Shown: piece by piece, positions 56,001-64,000 of the stretch | How the letters are laid out: every line of letters begins with the position of its first letter | Numbering within the stretch: the first letter of the stretch is position 1 | DNA from: Thermoplasmata archaeon | Lineage (GTDB): Archaea > Thermoplasmatota > Thermoplasmata > Thermoplasmatales > Thermoplasmataceae | Direction: 5' to 3' | Length of the DNA stretch: 64,000 bases | NCBI GenBank assembly: GCA_015520045.1 | Contig: WAQW01000018.1 | Span: 16,380 to 80,379, forward strand | Program-made: the position numbers and the translations under genes | Notes under the pieces: model-generated | Seen by the model: only the letters and a program-made list of their open reading frames with translations | Told to the model about the DNA's origin: nothing | The model's database searches: none

Positions 56001-56384
56001 GTGGCAACAAGAGTGCTCAACAGCCACTTTCTTCCGGACATCTATGGAAACTTCAGAAAGTTTTTCTCCCAGGAGTTCAGATGCATAGAGTGCAACACAA
56101 AGTTCAGGAGGATTCCTTTGAGTGGAAGATGCACAAAATGCGGAAGCGATCGTATCAAACTCACCATCTATCCGAGGAGCATTGTGAAATATCTTAAGGA
56201 GACCATATATGTATCTGAGAATTTCAGGCTTCCTGAGTATCTCCAGAAAAGAATTGAACTGCTGATTGATACTATCAATTCAACCTTTCCAGAACAGAGT
56301 TCAGATGAGGACGAGGAGAAACCTGATCTCTATGCTGAACCAGAAAATGGGCATAATGAGGATCTCTTTGCGTTTGAGGGATGA
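53076..56384 (+). CDS. polC: DNA polymerase II (PolD) large subunit DP2
   Basis: 1102-aa ORF with the typical DP2 N-terminus, Cys clusters (CESCGAVT..CHLCG, CIECNTKF..CTKCG) and the catalytic region. No intein-sized insertion. Confidence 0.9.
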   Translation: MNPDEQLQEYRENLRRHVKDIYGLAEKIRKLKQDVTDRVEIPLASDMAERVEELIQIKGIADDIRKLSAHKSREEVAIHVARKTAELVRDRGKKEALSKSVRVGLAILTEGILVAPLEGIADVDIRKNRDGSEYASIVYSGPIRGAGGTAQALSVLIADIVRRDLGIGSFRARDDEVDRYIEEIEAYNRVKHLQYLPTPDEIALVVRNSPILIDGEGSEEVEVSGHRDMERITTNRIRGGMCLVLCEGLIQKSRKILKYTSVFGVKDWNFLEKIQGKKTDEHSDQGKSEKFLKDIIAGRPIFSHPGRPGGFRLRYGRSRVSGLAAASVHPATMYILDRFPAIGSQLKVELPGKAAALTPCDEIEGPMVLLDDDTHIRINTVEEAKAVQSRIKEITDIGEILISYGDFLENNHRLEKPSFSREWWDAIAEKTPETKMYAGTVPSEEEAIQLSRKYGIPLHPEYNLFWHDISRDEFFTLRNALSASPLHDGSLRIQNDDRTKNILIKLGVEFTVNDDSIIPKKSRVLLACAGLDQQKNLLPAEKSNGGDVVDLVREISGMVIKAKSPTRIGARMGRPEKAGERKMRPKVHVLFPLENYGSVRRSFKNARKTVGGKIEVEIAQRKCESCGAVTVQPLCHLCGGVTRDMNHTDRITLNIDNLLRQAEERIGISLSSLKEEMKGVKKLMSSRKVCEPVEKGILRAKHDVTINKDGTCRFDMTDIPITHFRAEEIGARPEILESLGYHEGLNEIFPQDIIIPRKAAEFLLRVSQYIDDLLVKYYHVEPFYNCSEPEDLIGHLVIGLAPHTSGGIIGRIVGFTDANGCYAHPLFHAAKRRNCDGDEDSVMLLLDGLINFSREYLPSTRGGMMDAPLVLTTLLNPDEVDKEAMNVDTLSRYPLEFYNAAEKNVLPSTIEDIMMPLKKHITKTGTLMKLGYTHDTSNINAGVLISSYKTIGSMEEKIERQLSLAKRIAAVDADDVATRVLNSHFLPDIYGNFRKFFSQEFRCIECNTKFRRIPLSGRCTKCGSDRIKLTIYPRSIVKYLKETIYVSENFRLPEYLQKRIELLIDTINSTFPEQSSDEDEEKPDLYAEPENGHNEDLFAFEG

Positions 56385-57166
56385 AGATGATTGGTTCATT
56401 GTTTGTTACCGGCCCTGCAGGTACGGGAAAAAGCACGTTCTGCGCCTCCTTTAAGGACTGGCTGCAGGAGCAGGGATTTGATGCGGGAGTGGTTAACCTC
56501 GATCCGGGGGCGGAGATGATCCCCTACGAGGCAGAGATCGATATCCGGGATTACATCTCCATAACGGAAATAATGGAGCAATACTCTCTGGGACCTAATG
56601 GCGCACAGGTAGTTGCTGCCGATCTTATCCTGGAGCGGCTTGATGAGATAAAAGAATCACTCGAGGAACTTCAGGACTACTATGTCATTTTCGATACTCC
56701 GGGCCAGGTGGAGCTGTTCAGTTTCAGGCCCGGCAGCAAGATCCTGGTCGATCAGATCTCTGATGGTAGGGCAATGCTGATCTTTCTTGCTGATGCCGTT
56801 CTTGCAAAGTCTCCGTCGGGATACATATCTCAGAAGATGCTGTACGGGTCTGTCATGGCACGGTTCTTCTATCCAATGTTGTTTGCCATCAACAAGATCG
56901 ATCTTCTCGATGATGATGCACTGGAATCAATCAGAAAATGGGAATCGGATCCTGAAATTCTGGAGGATGCGTTCCTCAGGGAATCGAACAGGATCCTGAA
57001 GGATTATTATTACGCGATTCTCAAGGCTTTTCGAGAAATTTCACTCTCCACAAGGCTTTACAATTTATCTGCACGCGAAATGTATGGCTTTGAGGATGTT
57101 TATGCGCAGATGTCCCTCTTTTTCACGGGAGGGGAGGATACCGACACACTCTACCGGGATGATTGA
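56381..57166 (+). CDS. GPN-loop GTPase (PAB0955 family)
   Basis: 261-aa ORF with P-loop GPAGTGKST and the GPN motif LGPNGA. ATGA overlap with the DP2 stop. Confidence 0.8.
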   Translation: MKMIGSLFVTGPAGTGKSTFCASFKDWLQEQGFDAGVVNLDPGAEMIPYEAEIDIRDYISITEIMEQYSLGPNGAQVVAADLILERLDEIKESLEELQDYYVIFDTPGQVELFSFRPGSKILVDQISDGRAMLIFLADAVLAKSPSGYISQKMLYGSVMARFFYPMLFAINKIDLLDDDALESIRKWESDPEILEDAFLRESNRILKDYYYAILKAFREISLSTRLYNLSAREMYGFEDVYAQMSLFFTGGEDTDTLYRDD

Positions 57167-57203
57167 AATACCGTACAGATTTCTGAATTGTGGGACATAG
57201 AAT

Positions 57204-57214
57204 TATTTATATTC
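57204..57214 (+). promoter_or_regulatory. TATA box (TTATTTATATT) for the small zinc-ribbon gene
   Basis: Centred about 24 nt upstream of the ATG at 57233. Confidence 0.45.
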
Positions 57215-57232
57215 AGTTGTGATGTAAACAGG

Positions 57233-57433
57233 ATGGCCGAAAAGCGTCATTGCCTTATATGTGGAGAACCAATATATTCCGGCACCTACTGTGTCGATTG
57301 CCTCACAGAGATCAGAAGAGTCAGGACCGCCGATGATGAATCATTCGAGGAGTGGCTCCAGCACAAACGAAGTTTGAGGTCAGCATCAATTACAAATTTA
57401 GATGGATGCAAAACCCTTGACAGCTTTTTCTGA
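57233..57433 (+). CDS. small zinc-ribbon protein, function unknown
   Basis: Track ORF 57188..57433 trimmed to the ATG at 57233: MAEKRHCLICGEPIYSGTYCVDCLTEI..., a CxxC-x9-CxxC motif, 66 aa. Confidence 0.45.
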   Translation: MAEKRHCLICGEPIYSGTYCVDCLTEIRRVRTADDESFEEWLQHKRSLRSASITNLDGCKTLDSFF

Positions 57434-57617
57434 TTCACCGTTATAGTAAATGAGAAGAGTACCATAACTCCATGGTGGAGCATAAGGTCGCCAATAAATG
57501 ATCTCTGCCACTTGAAATTTATCAGTCTCTGGATGCTTTCGCCTGAAGATCCTTCTACCGGGTTAAAGGTTATCAGGTTACGGTTATTAACTTTCCTGCA
57601 ATAAGGGTAGGATAGCT

Positions 57618-59003
57618 TTGCTTCAAAAACTTTTCAGTCCAAAGAGTATTGCTGTTATTGGAGCTTCGAGAGATCCCGGAAAAACCGGAGGGGTCATCTT
57701 CGAAAATCTGATAAATGGTGGCTTCCAGGGGAGAATATTCCCCGTAAACCCGGGATACGCCGATATTAGAGGGGTGAAATGCTATCCTTCGGTGCAGAGC
57801 ATACCTGAAGATGTGGACCTCGCCGTTGTGGTCCTGAGATCTGATCTCGTGGAGAGGGCCATAGAGGACTGTGCATACAAAAAGGTTCCCTATGTAATAA
57901 TAGTGGCTGGAGGATTCTCAGAGACAGGAGAGGGTGGTGCCTCTCTGGAAAGATCAATCCTTAGAATTGCGAGGGAATCGGGTATCCGGATCATTGGCCC
58001 CAATACCGTTGGAATCTATCTTCCTTCAGTAAAGCTTAACACCGCCCTAACCCCGATGGATCGGGTAAACTTCCCTGGAGAGGGTAGTATAGCCCTGATC
58101 TCGCAAAGTGGGGCCCTTGGGCTCCTTATGATGGATGGTATGGCTGAGATCGGAACGGGAGTTTCTGCGTTCGTGAATCTGGGAAATCGCATAGATCTCG
58201 ATGAATCCAGCCTGCTTGATCATTTTGCATCGGATCAGAAAACACACGTGGTTATGATGTACATTGAGAGCGTGAGCAATGGCAGGAAATTCTATGATGC
58301 TCTGCGCAGAATATCGGAGAAAAAACCTGTGGTTGTGTTGAAATCCGGGTCCACCACTGAATCGGCAAGGGCGGCCATGCTTCACACCGGTGCCATGATG
58401 AGCGATGATGCCGTCTTCCACGGAGTTATAAATCAGGCTGGTGCAGTTCGCGCCAGGGATGAGACGGAGCTCTATGATTTCGCAAGAGCTCTCGCCTACA
58501 GCAGACCCCTGCTGGGTGATAGAATTGCTGTGCTAACAACAGCAGGGGGAGCTGGCGTTGTATCCACAGATCTCCTGACATCCAGCTTCAACGGCCCAAA
58601 GATGTCACTTGCGACACTCTCAGAAAAGACCAGGGGGCAGATCGCTGAATTTATGGTGCCCTTCGGATCGAATAGCAATCCCATCGACATAACGGCTGAG
58701 GGAAGTGTTGAGCAATATTCCTCGATTCTCGATGTCCTGGTTCATAGTGGAGAGATTGATGGTGTTCTGGCATTTGCCCTTCCTCAGACTCCCCGAATGA
58801 ATGCGGGTGTTGTGGACGTCATTGAAAAATACAGTGGAGAGACCCCCATAGTGGTTGGAGTTATTGGATCGCGACTCGCCAGACCTCTCCTGTTTGAGTT
58901 TGAGAGAAGGAAAATACCTGCGTACCCCTCAATAGGCAGGGCAGTTTCATCTCTCAAGGCACTGAGAACATATTGGAAGCACCGGGGTGACGGTCATGAG
59001 TGA
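57618..59003 (+). CDS. acdA: ADP-forming acetyl/acyl-CoA synthetase alpha subunit
   Basis: 461-aa ORF with a TTG start, LFSPKSIAVIGASRDPGKTGG, GPNTVGI, and succinyl-CoA-synthetase-like domains. Confidence 0.82.
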   Translation: MLQKLFSPKSIAVIGASRDPGKTGGVIFENLINGGFQGRIFPVNPGYADIRGVKCYPSVQSIPEDVDLAVVVLRSDLVERAIEDCAYKKVPYVIIVAGGFSETGEGGASLERSILRIARESGIRIIGPNTVGIYLPSVKLNTALTPMDRVNFPGEGSIALISQSGALGLLMMDGMAEIGTGVSAFVNLGNRIDLDESSLLDHFASDQKTHVVMMYIESVSNGRKFYDALRRISEKKPVVVLKSGSTTESARAAMLHTGAMMSDDAVFHGVINQAGAVRARDETELYDFARALAYSRPLLGDRIAVLTTAGGAGVVSTDLLTSSFNGPKMSLATLSEKTRGQIAEFMVPFGSNSNPIDITAEGSVEQYSSILDVLVHSGEIDGVLAFALPQTPRMNAGVVDVIEKYSGETPIVVGVIGSRLARPLLFEFERRKIPAYPSIGRAVSSLKALRTYWKHRGDGHE

Positions 59004-59664
59004 TGCTCCTGTTAATGCCATTGTTGGCCACGAGTCCAAGAGAATACTTTCCTCCTTCGGTATGAGCGTTCCTAAGGGTATGGTCTCCTCTGGACCCGAT
59101 GATCTTCCTGATTTTAAAGGACCCTATGCAGTGAAGGTTTCCGACCCTTCAATACTCCATAAAACCGAGATGGGTGGGGTAATCTTGGGGATCCAAAGAC
59201 AAGATGATCTGAGGTTGGCCATTGGGAAGATGCAATCGCGTTTCCCTGGATCTCCTATAATTGTGGAACAGATGATTGAGAGCGGAGTCGAAGTCATAGG
59301 TGGGATTACGAGTGACAGACAATTCGGACAGGTCATCATGATCGGCACCGGTGGGATATATGCTGAGCTCTTCAACGACCGCTCATTCAGGCTCGTTCCT
59401 CTTTCAAAGAAAGATGCCCTCAGCATGATCGAGGAAACAAAGTTGTCCAGATTTATTAGTGGATTCAGAGGTATTACCATCTCTGCGGACGCCTTCGTTG
59501 ACTTTATCCTGAAGGTATCCAACTTTGCACTCAGGAACAGGGAATTGCTGATGGGTATGGATATGAACCCCATCATCGCAAGGGGTTCCTCTTTCACCGT
59601 TGTGGATGTGAAGATCATATTGAAAGAAGGCGTGAACGGAAATGATCTGCTAAAGGAAAGGTGA
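58987..59664 (+). CDS. acdB: ADP-forming acetyl/acyl-CoA synthetase beta subunit (ATP-grasp)
   Basis: 225-aa ORF overlapping acdA by 17 nt. ATP-grasp pattern (YAVKVSDPSILHKTEMGGV). Confidence 0.8.
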   Translation: MTVMSDAPVNAIVGHESKRILSSFGMSVPKGMVSSGPDDLPDFKGPYAVKVSDPSILHKTEMGGVILGIQRQDDLRLAIGKMQSRFPGSPIIVEQMIESGVEVIGGITSDRQFGQVIMIGTGGIYAELFNDRSFRLVPLSKKDALSMIEETKLSRFISGFRGITISADAFVDFILKVSNFALRNRELLMGMDMNPIIARGSSFTVVDVKIILKEGVNGNDLLKER

Positions 59665-59667
59665 TGT

Positions 59668-61542
59668 GTGATGTCTGAGATTGATGATATGATTGATCCC
59701 AAGGGCAATAAGATCCTTCTCCTGCTGGGAAATGAAGCCATAGCCCGTGGAGTGATAGAGGCAGGCGTTGCCTCCGCCTCCACCTATCCTGGCACACCCT
59801 CCAGCGAGGTGGGGGATGTTCTTTACAGAGTTGCCAGAAAGGTTGGGATGCGCTTTGAGTATTCTGTCAATGAAAAGGTTGCTCTTGAGGTGTCATTTGC
59901 TGCTTCCACGTTGGGCCTGAGATCCTTCGTTTTCATGAAGCACGTGGGCCTGAATGTTGCAGCGGATGCCCTTATGAGTATTTCGTACAGTGGTGTGAAG
60001 GGTGGGCTGGTGATCATGAGTGCCGATGATCCCAGCATGCACTCCTCACAGAATGAGCAGGACAACCGCCTATATGGCCAGCTTGCTCATATTCCCGTTA
60101 TCGAACCATCAACACCGCAAGAGGCAAAGGACTTTATCATCTCGGCCTTCGAACTGTCTGAGAGGTACCACATACCGGTGCTTTTCAGAACCACCACTCG
60201 CGTGAGTCACGAAAGATCCGCCGTGAAAACAGGTCCAGTTGCAGGGATAAGAAAATCTATCTCCTTCGATTACGGAAAGATGGACTTCAATTCTCTCCCA
60301 TCACTCGCCAGACAGCACAAGCTGAATCTGGAAAGGAAGATGAGAGAGATAGCACATGATGAGAGAATATCCCTTAACAGGATGATCGAAAGGGAGGGTA
60401 GCTGGGGTGCAATTACATCCGGTGTGGGATACAGCTACCTCACCGATATCATAGAGGAGTACGATCTACCTGTTTCGGTGCTGAAGCTTGGTCTCACCAA
60501 TCCATTGCAGGATAATATCATACTCGATTTTATGAGAAAATACAACAACATAATCATCGTGGAAGAGTTAGATCCTTATCTCGAAACGAAAATAAGAGCT
60601 CTCGCCCAGCTGAACAGCATCAGTGTAAAAATCTACGGAAAAATGGATGGCTATTTTCCGACAGATTATGAGTATGACGGAAACGTTGTTCTTAGAGGTG
60701 TTGCGAGGGCAATGGGCCTTAAGATTGATGAAAAGGCCCCGGAACCAGCTGTGAAGGTAACTCCCAGGCCTCCCGTTCTCTGTCCGGGATGCCCCCACCG
60801 GGCATCATTCTTCATAGTTAAGAGGGCCCTTCGAATGCTGAAGATCGATGATGCCATCATATCATCTGACATAGGCTGCTATTCGCTTGGAGCCCTTGAT
60901 CCCTTTGACATGGGAGACATAATTATATCCATGGGTACCTCTGTGGGATACTCTTCCGGGATGGTTCCTGAATTTGGAAAGAGATCCGTGACATTCATTG
61001 GCGATTCAACACTCTTTCACGGAGGGCTCCCCGGAATTGTTAACGCTGTTAAAAACAATGCCCAGACTACCATCATAGTTCTTGACAATAGAACAACCGC
61101 AATGACCGGACAGCAGCCAACACCAAGTGCTCTAGATCCGACCTATGAAGACGATATGAAAGAAATCAGTATAGAAAGTACCCTTAAGGGTATCGGTGTT
61201 TCCAAGGTTGTTGAGGCAGATCCATACGATCTGAAGGATATGCTTCACAAGGTTACAGATTGCCTCAAAACGCCTGGTGTGACTGCTATTATTGCTAAAC
61301 GTGAATGTGCCATTCTCCGGGACCGCAAAATCAGGAGAGTCAGCAAAATAGTTCCATACCACGTGATACCTGATAAATGCACGGGATGCTTCAGATGCGT
61401 AACCGATTTCTCCTGCCCCGCAATGTCGATCAAAGGCAACAAGGTTGTTATTGACGCTGCACTTTGTGATGGTTGTGGCGTATGCGCTGAAAGATTTGTC
61501 TGTCCCTATGGTGCAATAGAGGTTGATGAAAATGCAGAGTAA
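59668..61542 (+). CDS. iorA: indolepyruvate:ferredoxin oxidoreductase alpha subunit
   Basis: 624-aa ORF. N-terminal GNEAIARGVIEAGV, a TPP-binding region (GDSTLFHGG) and two C-terminal 4Fe-4S motifs (CTGCFRCV..CP, CDGCGVCA..CP). Confidence 0.85.
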   Translation: MMSEIDDMIDPKGNKILLLLGNEAIARGVIEAGVASASTYPGTPSSEVGDVLYRVARKVGMRFEYSVNEKVALEVSFAASTLGLRSFVFMKHVGLNVAADALMSISYSGVKGGLVIMSADDPSMHSSQNEQDNRLYGQLAHIPVIEPSTPQEAKDFIISAFELSERYHIPVLFRTTTRVSHERSAVKTGPVAGIRKSISFDYGKMDFNSLPSLARQHKLNLERKMREIAHDERISLNRMIEREGSWGAITSGVGYSYLTDIIEEYDLPVSVLKLGLTNPLQDNIILDFMRKYNNIIIVEELDPYLETKIRALAQLNSISVKIYGKMDGYFPTDYEYDGNVVLRGVARAMGLKIDEKAPEPAVKVTPRPPVLCPGCPHRASFFIVKRALRMLKIDDAIISSDIGCYSLGALDPFDMGDIIISMGTSVGYSSGMVPEFGKRSVTFIGDSTLFHGGLPGIVNAVKNNAQTTIIVLDNRTTAMTGQQPTPSALDPTYEDDMKEISIESTLKGIGVSKVVEADPYDLKDMLHKVTDCLKTPGVTAIIAKRECAILRDRKIRRVSKIVPYHVIPDKCTGCFRCVTDFSCPAMSIKGNKVVIDAALCDGCGVCAERFVCPYGAIEVDENAE

Positions 61543-62125
61543 TGTGGTTATATGTGGTGTTGGTGGACAGGGAGTGCTCACAGCCGGCAAACTGCTTTCC
61601 ACGGCAGCCCTGAGTGAGGGCATACAGGTTGTCATGTCTGAGATCCACGGTCTCGCCCAGCGGGGGGGAGCTGTTTCAGTTGACGTCAGAATAGGTAATG
61701 TTCTTGGTCCCATCGTTCCTGATGGGAAGGGAGATCTGATTATCGCCATGGAACCTCTTGAAGCTTTGCGCGTATTGCACCGTTCCTCACGAGAATCGGT
61801 GTTCGTGGTAAATACACAAAAGATTCCCCCTGTCTCCCTTGGCATAGCACACAGAGAATACCCCAGCATAGAATCTCTTGTCTCAGATCTCAAGCGCAGA
61901 AGGACCGTCTTTACCGTTAACGCTCTGGAGCTCGCCAGAAAGACGGGCGAGCTGAGAACCGCCAGCACAATCATGGTAAGCATGGCTTCAGCACTGTATG
62001 ATACCGGTATCACCGATGAATCCTTTCTGAATGCAATTAAACGGCTATTCCCACTCAGATATCAGAAGGCAAACATAGAAGCTTTTGATCTTGGCAGAAA
62101 GGAGGCAGCCGCTGTTGTGAAGTAA
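61523..62125 (+). CDS. iorB: indolepyruvate:ferredoxin oxidoreductase beta subunit
   Basis: 200-aa ORF, ICGVGGQGVLTAGKLL, SEIHGLAQRGG. Overlaps the iorA end. Confidence 0.85.
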   Translation: MMKMQSNVVICGVGGQGVLTAGKLLSTAALSEGIQVVMSEIHGLAQRGGAVSVDVRIGNVLGPIVPDGKGDLIIAMEPLEALRVLHRSSRESVFVVNTQKIPPVSLGIAHREYPSIESLVSDLKRRRTVFTVNALELARKTGELRTASTIMVSMASALYDTGITDESFLNAIKRLFPLRYQKANIEAFDLGRKEAAAVVK

Positions 62126-62294
62126 AAAGATTCACATCGGTGAGTGATTTCACCAAAGACACGCTTGTTCCGTGACAGGGTCGCCCTTTATGACATTTGA
62201 TTCTGACAACGTAAATGGTTTTCAGGACTGGAGCAATATTCAATCTATAAAAAAGTGGATTTGTGATCCAGGTTAATGCAGAGTGATCAAAAGA

Positions 62295-63938
62295 TCAGAA
62301 AAGACCTGTTATTTCTCCTTCATTTGTGATGTCAACGCCCTCCGCAGCTGGCTTTTTGGGTAGGCCAGGCATTGTCATGATATCTCCGAGCATGGGAACC
62401 AGGAATCCAGCCCCACTTGAGACATTAACAGCCTTAACTTCCACCACAAAATCCCTGGGCGAGTTCAAAAGATCGGCCTTATCGCTGAGCGAGTACTGGG
62501 TTTTCGCAATACACACGGGGAGTTTTGTCAACCCCAACCGCTTAATCCTTCTGAGATCCCTTTTGGCCGTTTTACTGTAGATAACCTCAGATGCTCCGTA
62601 AATCCGTTTGGCTATTTTCTCAATCTTGTCCTCCACAGGATCGTTGAAATCATACACACGGTTGATATTCTCTGGAGCGTTATCGATGAGTTTCAAAACC
62701 TTGTTCGCGAGATCAATACCCCCCGCACCACCTTCTGCGAAAACGCGTGAAAAGGCATATGTTATGCCATTATCATCCATCACCTTTGATATCGTGCGCT
62801 TTTCTTCCTCAGTATCCGATGGAAATTCATTCAGTGCAACGACTGGCTCGAACCCGAATGAACGAATATTCTCAACATGACGTATCATGTTACTGGAACC
62901 TTCTCTGAGAGCGTTGATGTCCTCGATGGCAAGATCCTTCGCACCACCATTGTGCTTGAGAGCCCTGATTGTGGTGACCAGCACAACCGCTGAAACCTGT
63001 ATCTTTCCAAGCACACTCACGAGATCCAGGAATTTCTCTCCTCCAAGATCTGAACCAAAGCCAGCTTCAACAACCACCATATCTGCGAGCTTGAGTGCGA
63101 TCTTTGTTGCAATTATGCTGGATGTACCATGTGCTATATTGGCGAATGGCCCGGTGTGAATGAAGGCAGGTACTCCTTCGGTGGTCTGCACAACGTTGGG
63201 TTTCAGAGCATCCGTAAGAAGGGCTGCCATGGCACCATGAGCATTCAGATCCCCTGCATATACTGGTTTGTGGTCGTGCGTAAATGCAACGAGTATCTTT
63301 GATAGCCTCTCTTTCAGATCAGCATATGAAGTTGACAGGCCAAGTATTGCCATTATCTCGGAGGCTGGAGTTATGACGTAGCGGTCTCTGATCATTGCAC
63401 CGGTGGTTCTATCTCCGGCCCCAACTATAATTTCCCGCAGCGAACGATCATTCATATCTATGGTCCTCGGAAAGAGTATGCTCTTCGGATCGATATTGAG
63501 TGCATTACCGTGGTGAATGTGATTGTTGATCAGAGCGGAAAGAAGATTGTGGGCCGCTGATACAGCCGGAAAATCTGAGGTGAAAAGCAAGTTGATCTTG
63601 TCGCTGGGTTCAACCTTCGATTTTCCTCCTCCAGTGGCACCTCCCTTAATACCGAAACAGGGTCCAAGAGATGGTTCTCTGAGTGCAACTATGGTGTTCT
63701 TTCCCAGTGACATGAGAGCTTGAGAAAGACCTATTGATGTGGTTGTTTTGCCCTCACCTGCGGGTGTCGGATTTGTGGCTGTAACGAGGATAAGTTTACC
63801 ATCTGGCTTGTTCTCAAGCTTTTTTAGAATATTTATCGGAATTTTTGCCATGTAATGACCGTAAGGTTCGATATCGTCAGCAGATAAGCCTATACTCTTA
63901 ACAACATCTTCAATCTTCTTTAATGCCATGATAATCAC
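62295..63938 (-). CDS. fhs: formate-tetrahydrofolate ligase
   Basis: 547-aa ORF, TPTPAGEGKTTTSIGL, EPSLGPCFGIKGGATGGG. The start may be the M at 63929. Confidence 0.9.
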   Translation of the reverse strand: MIIMALKKIEDVVKSIGLSADDIEPYGHYMAKIPINILKKLENKPDGKLILVTATNPTPAGEGKTTTSIGLSQALMSLGKNTIVALREPSLGPCFGIKGGATGGGKSKVEPSDKINLLFTSDFPAVSAAHNLLSALINNHIHHGNALNIDPKSILFPRTIDMNDRSLREIIVGAGDRTTGAMIRDRYVITPASEIMAILGLSTSYADLKERLSKILVAFTHDHKPVYAGDLNAHGAMAALLTDALKPNVVQTTEGVPAFIHTGPFANIAHGTSSIIATKIALKLADMVVVEAGFGSDLGGEKFLDLVSVLGKIQVSAVVLVTTIRALKHNGGAKDLAIEDINALREGSSNMIRHVENIRSFGFEPVVALNEFPSDTEEEKRTISKVMDDNGITYAFSRVFAEGGAGGIDLANKVLKLIDNAPENINRVYDFNDPVEDKIEKIAKRIYGASEVIYSKTAKRDLRRIKRLGLTKLPVCIAKTQYSLSDKADLLNSPRDFVVEVKAVNVSSGAGFLVPMLGDIMTMPGLPKKPAAEGVDITNEGEITGLF

Positions 63939-64000
63939 TATCCCGGGCGGTCTTAACCCGCTTTATGGTATATCACTTCAGTATATTTATTGAAAACGGT

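Noticed and set aside
53076-56384. Checked the large genes (polD DP2, valS, thrS, eif2g, secY, pyrG) for inteins, internal frameshifts or in-frame stop recoding.
   Set aside because: All are single uninterrupted ORFs of family-typical length. The exceptions are the SecY and ThrRS features reported separately. No intein-sized insertions or Hint motifs were noticed.
57490-57560. AATGATC ... CTGA arrangement upstream of acdA that superficially resembles C and D boxes.
   Set aside because: The C box deviates from RUGAUGA at two positions. There are no internal D-prime or C-prime boxes and no flanking stem.
61132-62013. Long antisense ORFs inside well-supported genes: 293 aa opposite iorA/iorB, 219 aa (59124..59783) opposite acdB/iorA, 205 aa (40575..41192) and 188 aa (41784..42350) opposite the surface-protein gene, 169-170 aa (17935..18444, 18453..18965) opposite rps3, and many of 60-150 aa elsewhere.
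   Set aside because: Each lies opposite a gene with clear family motifs. Their products are Cys/His/Arg/Ser-rich or low complexity, with no recognisable domains and no promoter or SD context. They are what codon bias (few TTA/CTA/TCA codons; N/Y/T-rich or K/E-rich sense sequence) produces on the opposite strand.
1-64000. Looked in every spacer over 80 nt for tRNA, rRNA, SRP or RNase P RNA, CRISPR repeats, IS elements, integrases and prophage-like genes.
   Set aside because: I saw no cloverleaf-compatible sequences, no direct-repeat arrays, no transposase or integrase ORFs and no terminal inverted repeats. A by-eye scan cannot exclude small ncRNAs. tRNAscan or Infernal would be decisive.

Overview
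Archaeal chromosomal window, roughly 90% coding and almost entirely housekeeping. PolD, aIF2, LSm, Nop10/Cbf5/Nop5, the e-type ribosomal proteins and the gene order point to a euryarchaeon, probably Thermoplasmata-like; that placement is inference. All homology calls come from motifs and collinearity recognised by eye, with no database search. The core is a about 20-kb minus-strand ribosomal superoperon (7.1-22.5 kb): L3-L4-L23-L2-S19-L22-S3-L29-aSUI1-Rpp29-S17-L14-L24-S4e-L5-S14-S8-L6-L32e-L19e-L18-S5-L30-L15-SecY-Adk-DUF106-Cmk-Cbf5-Nop5. A second conserved cluster lies at 1.2-4.0 kb: L44e-S27e-aIF2alpha-Nop10-PAC2, divergent from LSm-L37e-PurF. Three small genes missing from the ORF track were found by hand: nop10, rpl37e and rps14. 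The rest is metabolism and information processing: prpD/prpB, an AMMECR1/Memo/radical-SAM trio, a UvrD-like helicase fused to a PD-(D/E)XK nuclease, thrS, fixCX-etfBA, aIF2gamma-S6e, a large sequon-rich membrane-anchored PKD plus solute-binding-type surface protein, a GH15 hydrolase, valS, dtdA, tsr3, a tightly coupled pyrG-SCP2-PolD(DP2)-GPN operon, acdAB-iorAB and fhs. I found no tRNA, rRNA, CRISPR array, IS element or prophage. Nothing here is clearly a new system. The best candidates for follow-up are the AmmeMemoRadiSam trio (function unknown), the stand-alone helicase-nuclease, a 242-nt out-of-frame overlap between cbf5 and nop5 that gives Cbf5 a basic tail, long charged extensions on ribosomal proteins S3 and L24, a CxxC..CxxC insertion in ThrRS, and an intergenic array of alternating TTCAGG/CCTGAA motifs.
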